A stretch of 64,000 nucleotides of DNA from Coriobacteriia bacterium (GTDB lineage: Bacteria > Actinomycetota > Coriobacteriia > Coriobacteriales > RUG033): positions 813 to 64,812 of the forward strand of contig JAATFL010000002.1 of the NCBI GenBank assembly GCA_015655215.1, given 5' to 3'. The notes below the pieces were generated by a model. It saw only the letters and a list, made by a program, of their open reading frames with translations. It searched no databases and had not been told where the DNA came from. Shown piece after piece: positions 39,063-48,835 of the stretch. Within the stretch, counting starts at the first letter, position 1. Each line of letters opens with the position of its first letter. The position numbers and the translations under genes were made by a program.

Positions 39063-40151
39063 TCAGCCACCACCCTTCACATAGCCGGTGTTCCGTCCAG
39101 CGCCCACCTTCGTGAGACATCCCGACCTCACCAGTTCGCACAAGGTGGCCTCCACGGTGGCGATGCTGATGTCGGGGCAGGCGACGAGGATGTCCCTCTT
39201 CGTGAGCTTGCCCAGGTTCTTGTCGAACATGAGCCGTACGCGATCCGCTTTCGTGAGTTCCTTTTCCCGTAGGACGTCGAGGTTATCGAGCACGGCGAGA
39301 TAGCTGGAGAGCACGGTATCGAGGAAGTACTCGACGAAGGGAAGGTAGCTGTTGCGGTTTCGCTCCCAGCCCACCGCGCAGCCGTTGAGGGTCGCGTAGT
39401 AGGTCTCGGCGGTTGCCTCGATCGTCTTCTCGATGCTTGCGTACCTTCCGATATCGATACCCTCGCGATACAGGAGCAGCGTGGTGAGGAGTCTGCCCAC
39501 GCGTCCGTTCCCCGCGCTGAAGGGATGTATGCAGAGAAGGTCGACGAGGAAGACCGGAATGAGCACGAGGGGATGATGCGAATGCGTCTCCAGTTCGTTG
39601 ACGAGGGTGTCGCAGGCCGCTCCCAGGGCGAGGGGGGTTTCAAACGCGGTGATGGGGCTCACGGCGACCTGTTGCACCTTGCCGTCGATGTTGGTGAATT
39701 GCGTGTCCTTCTTGCGGTAATCCCCGGCTCCGGCGAGGTCGGTGTGGGCATAGAGGCCCTGATGCACCCGCAGCACCGTGCTGGGCGCCGGTGGTATATG
39801 GGCATACCCCTCGGTGAGGGCGTCGAGGACCTCGGCGTACCCCACCAGTTCCTGCTCACTCTGGTCCTTGGGAGCCAATCGCGCCGGTGCCATCTTCCCG
39901 TGGCCCGATGGGGATCGACCTGTGAGCAGGTCATCGACCCGGTGCGTATCGATGTAGATGCCCTCGATGTGTGCAGAGGAATCGACGCTGGCGATGCGGG
40001 CGGAGGGGATGAGCGGGTCGAGGACGTCGGGGCTCGTCTTGCGGATGGTGTCAAGGCTTCCCTTGCATTCGTGGATCTTGGTGATGGTATCCAAGATCTT
40101 GGGAGCCGAGAGTTCGGCGGGAAGCCGGGCGTAGTTGAATGTCTTCACCAT
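39063..40151 (-). CDS. Fic-domain protein with N-terminal inhibitory motif and C-terminal winged HTH
   Basis: HPFSAGNGRVGR Fic loop, SAHIEG inhibitory (S/T)xxxE(G/N) motif, C-terminal ISIATVEATLCELVRSGCLTKVGAGRNTGY. Confidence 0.9.
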   Translation of the reverse strand: MVKTFNYARLPAELSAPKILDTITKIHECKGSLDTIRKTSPDVLDPLIPSARIASVDSSAHIEGIYIDTHRVDDLLTGRSPSGHGKMAPARLAPKDQSEQELVGYAEVLDALTEGYAHIPPAPSTVLRVHQGLYAHTDLAGAGDYRKKDTQFTNIDGKVQQVAVSPITAFETPLALGAACDTLVNELETHSHHPLVLIPVFLVDLLCIHPFSAGNGRVGRLLTTLLLYREGIDIGRYASIEKTIEATAETYYATLNGCAVGWERNRNSYLPFVEYFLDTVLSSYLAVLDNLDVLREKELTKADRVRLMFDKNLGKLTKRDILVACPDISIATVEATLCELVRSGCLTKVGAGRNTGYVKGGG

Positions 40152-40159
40152 AGGCCTTT

Positions 40160-40260
40160 CTACCCAATATTCACCATACTGCCCAATATATCATCAAATT
40201 AGGCAGATAATACGAAGATATTCTCTTTTCTGAATCGCGTTGACTTCCTTTCTGCCCAAT
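40160..40260. repeat. Four copies of a 9-bp motif CTRCCYAAT in the fic/aor divergent promoter
   Basis: CTACCCAAT 40160, CTGCCCAAT 40179, inverted ATTAGGCAG 40198, CTGCCCAAT 40252. The first three are 19 bp apart. Confidence 0.7.
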
Positions 40261-40346
40261 GTCCTCTACACTTTCACATCGACGATACCCGGGCTGACGT
40301 CTGCACTGAGTGCGTGTCCACGAGGTCGGAGAGAGAGGAAGACTCT

Positions 40347-40817
40347 ATGACAGGACAGCTGGTCATCGACCCGAAGCGGTGTGTGGCGTGTCGCACATGC
40401 GAGCTCATGTGCTCGTTCGGGCATCACGATTACTTCAACCCGCGACTTGCTTGCGTGAGTGTCTTCAACTACGAGTATGCCGCCGTCACGGTACCCGTCA
40501 TGTGCCTGCAATGTGACGAGGCGAGTTGTGCGGCCGTATGCCCTACGGGAGCCCTCAGCCGCAATGCCGATGGTGTGGTCGTGCATGAAGACGCCAAGTG
40601 CATCGTCTGCAAGATGTGCGTGAGTGCGTGCCCTCTGGGCAACATCGCATACTCTCCCATCACCAAGAACGTCTTCAAGTGCGACCTGTGCGGCGGTGAG
40701 CCGAAGTGCGCGCTGTTCTGCCCAACCGGTGCCATCACCTTCGTCGAGAGCGACGAGGTGCTTGCGAAGAAGCGGGCTGTGGCCGATAACTTCAAAAAGA
40801 CCCTTGAGGAGGCATAG
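40347..40817 (+). CDS. 4x[4Fe-4S] polyferredoxin subunit of AOR (AorA/WorS-like)
   Basis: CVACRTCELMC, CLQCDEASCAAVCP, CIVCKMCVSACP, KCDLC...CALFCP. Confidence 0.92.
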   Translation: MTGQLVIDPKRCVACRTCELMCSFGHHDYFNPRLACVSVFNYEYAAVTVPVMCLQCDEASCAAVCPTGALSRNADGVVVHEDAKCIVCKMCVSACPLGNIAYSPITKNVFKCDLCGGEPKCALFCPTGAITFVESDEVLAKKRAVADNFKKTLEEA

Positions 40818-40818
40818 C

Positions 40819-42627
40819 ATGGCTGTCGGAAACGCATGGATCGGAACGGTCCTCCGCGTCGATCTCACCACGGGAACGTGGGGCACCGAGCCGCTCCGCA
40901 TGAAGGATGCGAACGATTTCGTAGGTGCCCGTGGACTGGGGACCAAGTACTTCTGCGATGAGTGCGATCCCAACGTCGAGCCGCTCTCCGTCGAGAACAA
41001 GCTCATCTACATGACCGGCCCCCTCACGGGCACGGCCGCCACTTCAGCCGGCCGTTTCGAGGTCGTCGCCAAGGCGCCGCTCACCGGTACCATCGGTGCT
41101 GCCAACTCGGGCGGGCACTTCGGTCCCGAGCTCAAGTTCGCCGGCTACGACGGCATCATCTTTGAGGGTGGCGCCGACCACCCCGTCTATCTCTACATCA
41201 ACGACGATCGGATCGAACTGCGCGACGCCACCCACCTGTGGGGCAAGGATGTCCACAAGACCACCGATATGCTGATCGAGGAGTGCGGCAACGTCCGCGT
41301 CTCCTGCATCGGCCCCACCGGGGAGCGTGGCTGCCTCTTCAGCGCCATCATGAACGAGAAGAACCGCGCCGCCGGTCGTGGTGGTCTCGGCGCGGTCATG
41401 GGCGTCAAGAACCTCAAGGCCGTCGTCGTACGAGGCACCGGTCCGGTCAAGGTCGCTCGTCCCGAGGGCTTCCTGCGCGAGCTGACGAAGGCCCGTGCGA
41501 TCATCCAGGCGCACCCGGTCACCGGTACGGGCATGGCGGCCTACGGAACCCAGATCCTGATGAACATCCTCAACGAGGTGGGGGCCCTGCCCCTGTGCAA
41601 CGGGCGTGGCGGCTCCATCTTCGACCACGCTGATGAGATCAGCGGGGAGAAGTTGTCCGAGACCTATCTTGTCAAGAACCAAGGCTGCTTTGGTTGCTCG
41701 ATCGCCTGCGGCCGTGTCACGAGGATCCCGGACGATTCCCCCTACGCTGGATTTGGCGAGGGCCCTGAGTACGAGGCGGGCTGGTCGTTTGGGGCTGACT
41801 GCCAGGTGGACGACCTCGCCGCCGTATGCAAGGCGAACTTCATATGCAACGAGTACGGCATGGACCCGATCACCCTGGGTGCCACCATAGCCTGCGCGAT
41901 GGAACTCTCCGAGATGGGTGCCATTCCCGAATCCGACATCGGCTTCCCCCTGCGCTTTGGCGATAGCGACGCCGTGGTGAGGCTCACGAAGATGTGTGCC
42001 GAGGGCGAGGGGTTTGGCAAGTTGCTCGAGCTGGGTTCGTACCGGATGGCCGAGCACTACGGTCATGCCGAGCTTTCCATGAGCGTCAAGAAACAGGAGA
42101 TGCCCGCCTACGACGCGCGTGCCATCCAAGGTATCGCCCTCGAGTACGCCACCTCCAACCGCGGTGGCTGTCACGTGCGCGGCTACATGATCGCCCCTGA
42201 GGTTCTCGGTCTGCCGATCAAGACCGACCCGTTGGTCACCGAGGGAAAGGGCAGCCTGCTCAAGACGTTCCAGGACCTCACCGCGTTGTGCGACTCCGTG
42301 GGCATCTGCCTGTTCACCACCTTTGGGATGGGATTGCCCGAGATCGCCGGTCAGTACCGTGAGGCCGTGGGCAGCGACGAGTCCGACGAGGACATCCTGC
42401 TCAAGGGCGAGCGCATCTGGAACCTCGAGAAGCGCTTCAACATGGCTGCCGGTGTGGAGAAGGACACGCTTCCCCCACGGTTGCTGCGCGAGGCGCTGCC
42501 CAGTGGCCCAGCCAAGGGCAAGGTGGCCGAGTTGCAGACCATGCTCGCCGACTATTACGAGGTGCGTGGCTGGACCTCTGAGGGCGAGCCAACCGACGAG
42601 AAGCTCGAGCAGCTCAGCCTGGGTTGA
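40819..42627 (+). CDS. aor: Aldehyde:ferredoxin oxidoreductase, AOR family (probably tungsten-dependent)
   Basis: ANSGGHFGPELKFAGYDGII, RAAGRGGLGAVMGVKNLKAV, CFGCSIACGR, GEGPEYE, YDARA...YATSNRGGCH, DSVGICLF. Confidence 0.95.
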   Translation: MAVGNAWIGTVLRVDLTTGTWGTEPLRMKDANDFVGARGLGTKYFCDECDPNVEPLSVENKLIYMTGPLTGTAATSAGRFEVVAKAPLTGTIGAANSGGHFGPELKFAGYDGIIFEGGADHPVYLYINDDRIELRDATHLWGKDVHKTTDMLIEECGNVRVSCIGPTGERGCLFSAIMNEKNRAAGRGGLGAVMGVKNLKAVVVRGTGPVKVARPEGFLRELTKARAIIQAHPVTGTGMAAYGTQILMNILNEVGALPLCNGRGGSIFDHADEISGEKLSETYLVKNQGCFGCSIACGRVTRIPDDSPYAGFGEGPEYEAGWSFGADCQVDDLAAVCKANFICNEYGMDPITLGATIACAMELSEMGAIPESDIGFPLRFGDSDAVVRLTKMCAEGEGFGKLLELGSYRMAEHYGHAELSMSVKKQEMPAYDARAIQGIALEYATSNRGGCHVRGYMIAPEVLGLPIKTDPLVTEGKGSLLKTFQDLTALCDSVGICLFTTFGMGLPEIAGQYREAVGSDESDEDILLKGERIWNLEKRFNMAAGVEKDTLPPRLLREALPSGPAKGKVAELQTMLADYYEVRGWTSEGEPTDEKLEQLSLG

Positions 42628-42745
42628 CGGTTTGTCGATTCGCCCCCTGTCCTCGCGCAGAGATGGGGGGTGACACGCTCGCCGACGAGTCCCGTCTCTC
42701 GTGCGATGGACCGTATGCCTACCTGCCGTTTGGTAAGGAGCATCC

Positions 42746-43018
42746 ATGAAGGTCAAGTTCTTTGCGACGTATCGGCAAATCGCCAACTGCAAGGACTTCG
42801 AGATCGAGGCTCCTGCCGATGTGCTGGGACTACTCAAGGTTCTCTGCCGAAGGTGGCCGGAATTCTCCAACAAGATAGTGGCGCCCGACGGCGAGAGCCT
42901 TGGGGCCGATGCGATCGTGCTCGTGAACGGGCGTCACATACAGCATCTGGACGGGGTGAGGACCTCGCTTGCCAACGGCGATACCGTGACGCTGCTGCCG
43001 TTGGTCGCCGGTGGGTGA
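42746..43018 (+). CDS. moaD: MoaD/ThiS-family ubiquitin-like sulfur carrier
   Basis: MKVKFFATYR start, VLVNGRHI, C-terminal LVAGG di-glycine. Confidence 0.9.
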   Translation: MKVKFFATYRQIANCKDFEIEAPADVLGLLKVLCRRWPEFSNKIVAPDGESLGADAIVLVNGRHIQHLDGVRTSLANGDTVTLLPLVAGG

Positions 43019-43087
43019 CGCGGCACTCTCTTCAGGGCTCTGCGGACGATGGAAGAAAGACTTGTCGGTAACGGGAGAGGATGTGAT

Positions 43088-43561
43088 ATGGTCTCAAACG
43101 AGGAGGTATCGTCTATCATCGACGCATACCCCAGGGATCGGCGGTATGCGCTGGCCGTCATGCAGGATATGCAGCGTACCTTCAACTACGTGCCCGAGAA
43201 CGGGCTCATCGCCACGGCCGAGCACCTGGACTGCTCGGTCGCACAGCTCTATTCGATGGCAACGTTCTACAAGGCGCTTTCGCTCAAGCCGAAGGGCAAG
43301 CACATCATCAAGGTCTGCGACGGGACCGCATGCCATCTGCGTGGTGCGAACAACCTGGTGACGGGGGTCAAGCGAGAACTCGGCATCGTTCCAGGCGAGG
43401 TGACGGCCGATGGCGAGTTCTCGTTGGAACTCGTGAACTGCCTTGGCTCCTGCGCGCTTGCACCTGTGCTGGTCATCGATGGCGTGTACCACAACAAGGT
43501 CAAGATCGATGCCATACCTTCGATCCTCAAAGAGCACGCGACCCCGGTGGTGACGCAATGA
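43088..43561 (+). CDS. NuoE/HydC-like [2Fe-2S] subunit
   Basis: ATFY, KVCDGTACHLRG, VNCLGSCALAPV. Confidence 0.93.
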   Translation: MVSNEEVSSIIDAYPRDRRYALAVMQDMQRTFNYVPENGLIATAEHLDCSVAQLYSMATFYKALSLKPKGKHIIKVCDGTACHLRGANNLVTGVKRELGIVPGEVTADGEFSLELVNCLGSCALAPVLVIDGVYHNKVKIDAIPSILKEHATPVVTQ

Positions 43562-45363
43562 CCCCGACACCCGACATGACCAAGATACTGGTGTGCTGCG
43601 GTACCGGATGCATCGCGAACGGTAGTCTCAAGGTCGCTCGCGCCATCCGTGATGAGATCGTGGCACAAGGTGTTGCGGCGACGCTCGACCTGCTGGTCGA
43701 GGAGACCGGATGCAGCGGTATGTGCGAAGGTGGTCCCATCGTGCGCATCCTGCCCGCCGACATCATGTACTACAAGGTGAGGGAGCGCGGCGCCAAGGAC
43801 ATCGTGGCCTCCTTGGGAGGGGACCCCCTCAAGCGCCTACTGTTCAAAGACGCACGGGGTGAGCGGGTCACCGCCCAAAGCGAGAACCCCTTCTACGCGG
43901 CTCAAGTGAAGATCGCCTTGCGCAACGTGGGTCTCATCGATCCCCTCAGCATCGACGAGTACGTCGCACGTGGTGGATACGAGGGTCTCAAGCGCGCCCT
44001 TGCGATGACCCCGGACGAGATCATCACCGAGGTGGAGAGATCCGGCGTCCGTGGCAAAGGCGGGGCAGGGTTTCCCACGGGACGCAAATGGCGTACGGCT
44101 GCCGGCTATGACAATTATCCGAAGTACATCGTCTGCAACGGAGACGAGGGCGACCCCGGTGCCTTCATGGACGGCTCCACCCTCGAGGGTGACCCCCATG
44201 GCGTCATCGAGGGCATGGTCATCGGCGCCCTCGCCATCCAGGCCGAGGAGGGGGTCTTCTACATCCGCGACGAGTACGCACTGGCCCGCGATCACGTGCA
44301 GAGGGCCATCGAGGCTGCCGAGAGGGCAGGCATCCTGGGTGATGACATCTTGGGAAGCGGCAAGAGGATGAAGCTCTCCATCGTCCGCGGTGGCGGTGCG
44401 TTCGTGTGCGGCGAGTCGACCGCTCTCATGGCGAGCATCGAGGGGCGGGTGGGAGAACCTCGGGCCAAGTACATCCGCAGTGCCGAGCGGGGACTCTTCA
44501 ACCAGCCCACGGTCCTCAACAACGTCGAAACGCTCGCCACCATCCCCTACATCCTCAAGGAGGGTGCCGATGCGTTCGCCAGCGTGGGTACCGAGACCAG
44601 CAAGGGCACCAAGGTCTTCGCCATGGTGGGCAAGGTCAAGCATACGGGACTCGTCGAGGTCCCCATGGGCACGACCCTCCGCACGCTCATCTATGACATC
44701 GGCGGAGGTATCATCGACGACCGGCCCTTCAAGGCCGTCCAGACCGGTGGGCCTTCAGGTGGGTGCATCCCGGATTCCCTGCTTGACCTGCCCGTCGACT
44801 TCGACACGCTCAAGAAATATGGCGCGATGATGGGTTCGGGCGGCATGATCGTGATGGACGATTACAACTGCATGGTCGAGGTCGCCCGCTATTATGTGAA
44901 CTTCCTGTGCGAGGAGAGCTGCGGCAAGTGCACTCCGTGTCGGGAGGGTCTGCGTCAGATGCATGCCATCCTCACCGACATCTGCGAGGGGCGCGGTGAG
45001 CAGGGCGACGTCGAGCTTTTGGAGCGCATCGGCGCGACGATGCAGGATGCCTCGCTGTGCGCTCTGGGAAAATCGGCGGCCAACCCGGTCCTCTCGACCA
45101 TCAAGTACTTCCGCAACGAGTACGAGGCCCATATCGACGAGCGTCGTTGCCCGGCGGGCGTGTGCGTCAAGCTCACGGAGTTCACGATCGACCCCGAGGC
45201 GTGCACCGGATGCGGGGCCTGCCTGCGGGCGTGTCCGACGGAGGCCATATCGGGAGCGGTGAAGGAGACGCATGTGATCGATAGTGAGAAGTGCATCGTG
45301 TGCGGAAGCTGCCGCGAGGTCTGTCGATTCAACGCCGTGGTGACCGAGGGGAGGCGGGCATGA
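43558..45363 (+). CDS. NuoF/HydB-like FMN/Fe-S subunit of an electron-bifurcating (Bfu/Hyt-type) module
   Basis: N-terminal CCGTGC...GCSGMC, RGKGGAGFPTG, NGDEGDPGAFMD, GGGAFVCGES, GTKVF, QTGGPSGG, ESCGKCTPCREG, HIDERRCPAGVC, C-terminal 2x[4Fe-4S]. Confidence 0.93.
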   Translation: MTPTPDMTKILVCCGTGCIANGSLKVARAIRDEIVAQGVAATLDLLVEETGCSGMCEGGPIVRILPADIMYYKVRERGAKDIVASLGGDPLKRLLFKDARGERVTAQSENPFYAAQVKIALRNVGLIDPLSIDEYVARGGYEGLKRALAMTPDEIITEVERSGVRGKGGAGFPTGRKWRTAAGYDNYPKYIVCNGDEGDPGAFMDGSTLEGDPHGVIEGMVIGALAIQAEEGVFYIRDEYALARDHVQRAIEAAERAGILGDDILGSGKRMKLSIVRGGGAFVCGESTALMASIEGRVGEPRAKYIRSAERGLFNQPTVLNNVETLATIPYILKEGADAFASVGTETSKGTKVFAMVGKVKHTGLVEVPMGTTLRTLIYDIGGGIIDDRPFKAVQTGGPSGGCIPDSLLDLPVDFDTLKKYGAMMGSGGMIVMDDYNCMVEVARYYVNFLCEESCGKCTPCREGLRQMHAILTDICEGRGEQGDVELLERIGATMQDASLCALGKSAANPVLSTIKYFRNEYEAHIDERRCPAGVCVKLTEFTIDPEACTGCGACLRACPTEAISGAVKETHVIDSEKCIVCGSCREVCRFNAVVTEGRRA

Positions 45364-46124
45364 GCACAGCGAAGACGCTCTCCCTCACCATCGACGGCAC
45401 GCCGTGCACCTGCGAGTCTGGTGAGTACCTGTACGATGTGGCGAAGCGCAACGGGATCCTCATCCCGGTGCTCTGCCGCTCCGATGCGTTCGAGGACCAT
45501 CGGGCCTGCTGTCGCGTATGCATCGTCGAGGTCGAGATCAAGGGGCGTCGCAAGGTCGTCACCGCCTGCGTCTATCCCGTCGAGCAGGAATGCGCCGTGT
45601 ACACCAACTCGGAGAAGATCGTCGAGGAACGCGCGATCGTCCTTGCGCTGTTGGCGAAACGCGCCCCCGAGAGTGCGGAGATCGTCGCGATGGCCAGGTA
45701 CTACAAGGCACCCGAGCTCGATCGCCTCGTCGAGCTCGATGGGGGGAGGTGCATCCTGTGCGGTCGGTGCGTCCAAGCGTGCGAGAGCCTGGGGACCGGA
45801 GCCATATCCACCATCAACCGCGGGACGGAGAAGGAGGTCAGCACCCCGTACCACAACCCATCGCTTGCCTGCGTCGGCTGTCTGAGCTGCGCAAACGTAT
45901 GTCCCACGGGGGCTATCCCCTTTATCCAGGCACCATCGACGCGTTCCATCTGGGGGCGCGACTTCGAGGTGCTCTCTTGCGAGAGGTGCGGTGCGCCCAT
46001 GGGCACGCGCGAGGAGATCGCCTATGCGGCCAAGAAGGCGGGGATGGAGACGCCCGTCATCTGCGATGCATGCCGCAAGCACGAGATCGCGGATTCGATG
46101 ATGGGCACGTATCGCCTGGTCTGA
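45360..46124 (+). CDS. Short NuoG-N/HytD-like Fe-S subunit without catalytic domain
   Basis: [2Fe-2S] LC...ACCRVC...TAC, CILCGRCVQAC, CVGCLSCANVCP, C-terminal CERC...CDAC. Confidence 0.88.
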   Translation: MSTAKTLSLTIDGTPCTCESGEYLYDVAKRNGILIPVLCRSDAFEDHRACCRVCIVEVEIKGRRKVVTACVYPVEQECAVYTNSEKIVEERAIVLALLAKRAPESAEIVAMARYYKAPELDRLVELDGGRCILCGRCVQACESLGTGAISTINRGTEKEVSTPYHNPSLACVGCLSCANVCPTGAIPFIQAPSTRSIWGRDFEVLSCERCGAPMGTREEIAYAAKKAGMETPVICDACRKHEIADSMMGTYRLV

Positions 46125-46186
46125 TCGCATGGTCTTCCGTACGGTAGATGCCTGAAGGGCTGTCGGACATACGACATGGGGTGAAC

Positions 46187-46876
46187 ATGCGCTTTGCGAA
46201 GCGATATGCACGCAACAGCACGGCGATCTCCCCCGAGGAGGTCGTCGTGCTGACCCGCAAGAGGGTCGTGGTGGTTGGATGCGGGGGCCTCGGTGGCTAT
46301 TGCATCGAGATGTTGGCGCGCGTGGGCGTGGGGCATCTCATCGTCGTGGACCCCGACGTCTTCGACGGGACGAACCTCAACCGGCAGATCCTCTGCACCG
46401 AGGACGCCATCGGCCGATCCAAGGTCGAGATGGCATGCGCGCGCGTCGCCGCCGTCAACGCGGAGGTGCAGGTCGAGGGGGTACGGGATGTTCTCGACGA
46501 GGGCAATGCAGCTTCCATCATCGCCGGGGCCGACTGCGTCGTCGACGCCCTCGATTCCGCGGACGCACGACTCGTGCTCGCCCATGCGTGTGCACGAGTC
46601 GGCGTGTGCATGGTCCACGGCGCCATCGCGGGGTGGTTCGGTCAGGTGATAACCATCTTCCCCGATGACGTGGCAGCTGATATCCTGTTCTCGAATGGTT
46701 CGAAGGGTGCCGAGGGGGAACTGGGGAATCCAGCATTCACGCCCGCCTGCATCGCCTCGTTTCAAGTTGCCGAGACCATCAAGGTGCTTCTTGGCAGGTC
46801 CGGCGCCCTGCGGGGCAAGATGCTCTCGATAGACATGCTCGCGGGCTCGATGGAGACGCTTGAACTGCGTTCGTGA
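46187..46876 (+). CDS. ThiF/MoeB-family adenylyltransferase (E1-like)
   Basis: RYARN, VVVVGCGGLG, DPDVFDGTNLNRQ, GRSK, VDALD. Confidence 0.92.
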   Translation: MRFAKRYARNSTAISPEEVVVLTRKRVVVVGCGGLGGYCIEMLARVGVGHLIVVDPDVFDGTNLNRQILCTEDAIGRSKVEMACARVAAVNAEVQVEGVRDVLDEGNAASIIAGADCVVDALDSADARLVLAHACARVGVCMVHGAIAGWFGQVITIFPDDVAADILFSNGSKGAEGELGNPAFTPACIASFQVAETIKVLLGRSGALRGKMLSIDMLAGSMETLELRS

Positions 46877-47008
46877 CCGACACCGTGCCCGTTACCAAGG
46901 ATTCCACATCGGCAGGGGCGATGCCCGTGCATGTTGGTGCCGATGGGGCGGGAAGACAGCATCGTGGATGTGTACGACTGCCGTTTCGACGTGAAGGAGG
47001 CGTTTCAT

Positions 47009-48835
47009 TTGGCAAGGTTGCATGTGATCGAGAGAAGCGAGGCCCAGAGGATCGTCGAGGATCTCCACGAAGCCCTCGGGCGGCGTATGGCCGTCAGTTC
47101 GCTCGCCCCCTGTCCGGTGGAGTTCACCGCGGCCTTCGTGGGAATGTGCATGACCCAGTCGTGCGGCAAGTGCACGCCGTGCCGCGTGGGCCTCTCACAG
47201 CTCAAGACCCTGATGGACGACGTGCTCGACGGGGTCGCGACGCAGGGAACGCTCAAGCTCATCGACAGGACCGCCCTCTACATCTACCTCTCGGCCGACT
47301 GCGCCATAGGCTACGAGGCGGCAGGTATGGCGCTCGAGGCCATCAGCGGTTTCAGGGACGACTTCGAGTACCACGTGGCGCACGGCTGCTGCGACTTCCA
47401 CCAAAGCGAGCTCACACCCTGCGTCTCCGGCTGCCCGGCCGGCGTGGACATCCCCGGTTACATCGCGCTCGTCGAGGCCGGACGCTTCACGGATGCGGTG
47501 CGTCTCATCCACAAGGACAACCCGCTTCCGGTGGCGTGCGGGCTCATCTGCGAGCATCCCTGCGAGATCAACTGCCGCCGTGGCATGGTGGACGACCCGC
47601 TCAACATCCGCGGGATCAAGCGCTACGCGACCGACCACATGGAGGACTACACCCCCAGCAAGGCGGCGCCCACGGGCAAGCGCGTCGCGATCGTCGGCGG
47701 GGGCCCCGCGGGTCTCTCGGCCGCGTACTACCTGGCTCTCATGGGCCATGCTCCCACCATCTTCGAACAGCGCAGCCATCTGGGCGGCATGATGCGCTAC
47801 GGCATCCCAAGCTACCGTCTGCCACGTGGGCGCTTCGACGAGGAGATCGCGTGGATCCTCGACCAGGGCGTCGAGGTCGAGTACGACGTGAGCGTGGGAA
47901 GGGACGTCCCGATAGGGGATCTGCGTCGCGACTACGACGCGGTCTACGTCGCCATCGGCGCGCATGCCGACCGCAAGGTGGGTCTGCCGGGCGAGGATGC
48001 CGAGGGCGTCATCTCGGCCGTGCACATGCTTCGCGAGATCGGTGACGGCAACGTGCCGGACTTCACGGGCCAGAGCATCGCCGTCATCGGCGGCGGCAAC
48101 GTCGCGATGGACGTCTCGCGATCCGCGGTACGGGCCGGTGCCGACAGGGTCATGATCGTCTATCGCAGGCGCGTGACGGACATGACGGCGCAGGACGAGG
48201 AGATCGCCGGTGCCGTCGCCGAGGAATGCGAGCTCCTCGACATGCACGCGCCCATCGGCATCGAGGTCGAAGACGGAAAGGTGAGCGGGTTGCGCGTCCA
48301 ACCGCAGATCATCGGTCCCGTCGTGGGGGGAAGGCCCAGGCCTCGTGATGGGGCACGGGAGAGCTTCGTGATCCCCTGTGACAAGGTGCTCGTCGCCGTC
48401 GGGCAGACGATCGACTCGGCTCCCTTCGCCGACTACGGCCTACCCACGAAGCGCGGTGCGATCAGCGCCGCAAGCGACGGCGAAGTCGAGGGATTCGACG
48501 GTCTCTTCTCCGGAGGGGACTGCGTGAGCGGACCGGCGACGGTCATCCGCGCCATCGCCGCCGGCAAGGTCGCCGCGCGCAACATCGACAAGTATCTCGG
48601 GTTCGACCACGAGATCGTGCTCGACGTGGACATCCCAGCGGTGCGCTTCAAGGGCAAGCTCTCGTGCGCCCGTTCCAACATGGCCGAGCGCGATGCCCAT
48701 GCGCGCAAGGAGGACTTCGAGCTCATGGAGCGCGGGCTCACCACCGAGGAGGCCTTGCAGGAGGCTTCGCGCTGCCTGCGCTGCGACCACTTCGGATTCG
48801 GTGCGTTTCGCGGGGGGAGGGTCAGCAAATGGTAG
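47009..48835 (+). CDS. GltD-like NAD(P)H-binding flavoprotein with N-terminal NuoF-type [4Fe-4S] domain (hydrogenase partner)
   Basis: TTG 47009 after AAGGAGG. QSCGKCTPCRVG, PCVSGCP...CGLICEHPCEINCRR, IVGGGPAG, VIGGGNVAMD...VYRR, EASRCLRCD. Confidence 0.9.
   Translation: MARLHVIERSEAQRIVEDLHEALGRRMAVSSLAPCPVEFTAAFVGMCMTQSCGKCTPCRVGLSQLKTLMDDVLDGVATQGTLKLIDRTALYIYLSADCAIGYEAAGMALEAISGFRDDFEYHVAHGCCDFHQSELTPCVSGCPAGVDIPGYIALVEAGRFTDAVRLIHKDNPLPVACGLICEHPCEINCRRGMVDDPLNIRGIKRYATDHMEDYTPSKAAPTGKRVAIVGGGPAGLSAAYYLALMGHAPTIFEQRSHLGGMMRYGIPSYRLPRGRFDEEIAWILDQGVEVEYDVSVGRDVPIGDLRRDYDAVYVAIGAHADRKVGLPGEDAEGVISAVHMLREIGDGNVPDFTGQSIAVIGGGNVAMDVSRSAVRAGADRVMIVYRRRVTDMTAQDEEIAGAVAEECELLDMHAPIGIEVEDGKVSGLRVQPQIIGPVVGGRPRPRDGARESFVIPCDKVLVAVGQTIDSAPFADYGLPTKRGAISAASDGEVEGFDGLFSGGDCVSGPATVIRAIAAGKVAARNIDKYLGFDHEIVLDVDIPAVRFKGKLSCARSNMAERDAHARKEDFELMERGLTTEEALQEASRCLRCDHFGFGAFRGGRVSKW

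Noticed and set aside
43088-46124. Respiratory complex I (nuoEFG)
   Set aside because: No membrane or other Nuo subunits are present. The extra ferredoxin domains and the short G-like subunit fit soluble HydBC/Hyt-type modules.
47009-48835. Glutamate synthase small subunit (gltD)
   Set aside because: No gltB nearby. It has an extra N-terminal NuoF-type cluster domain and overlaps hydA.
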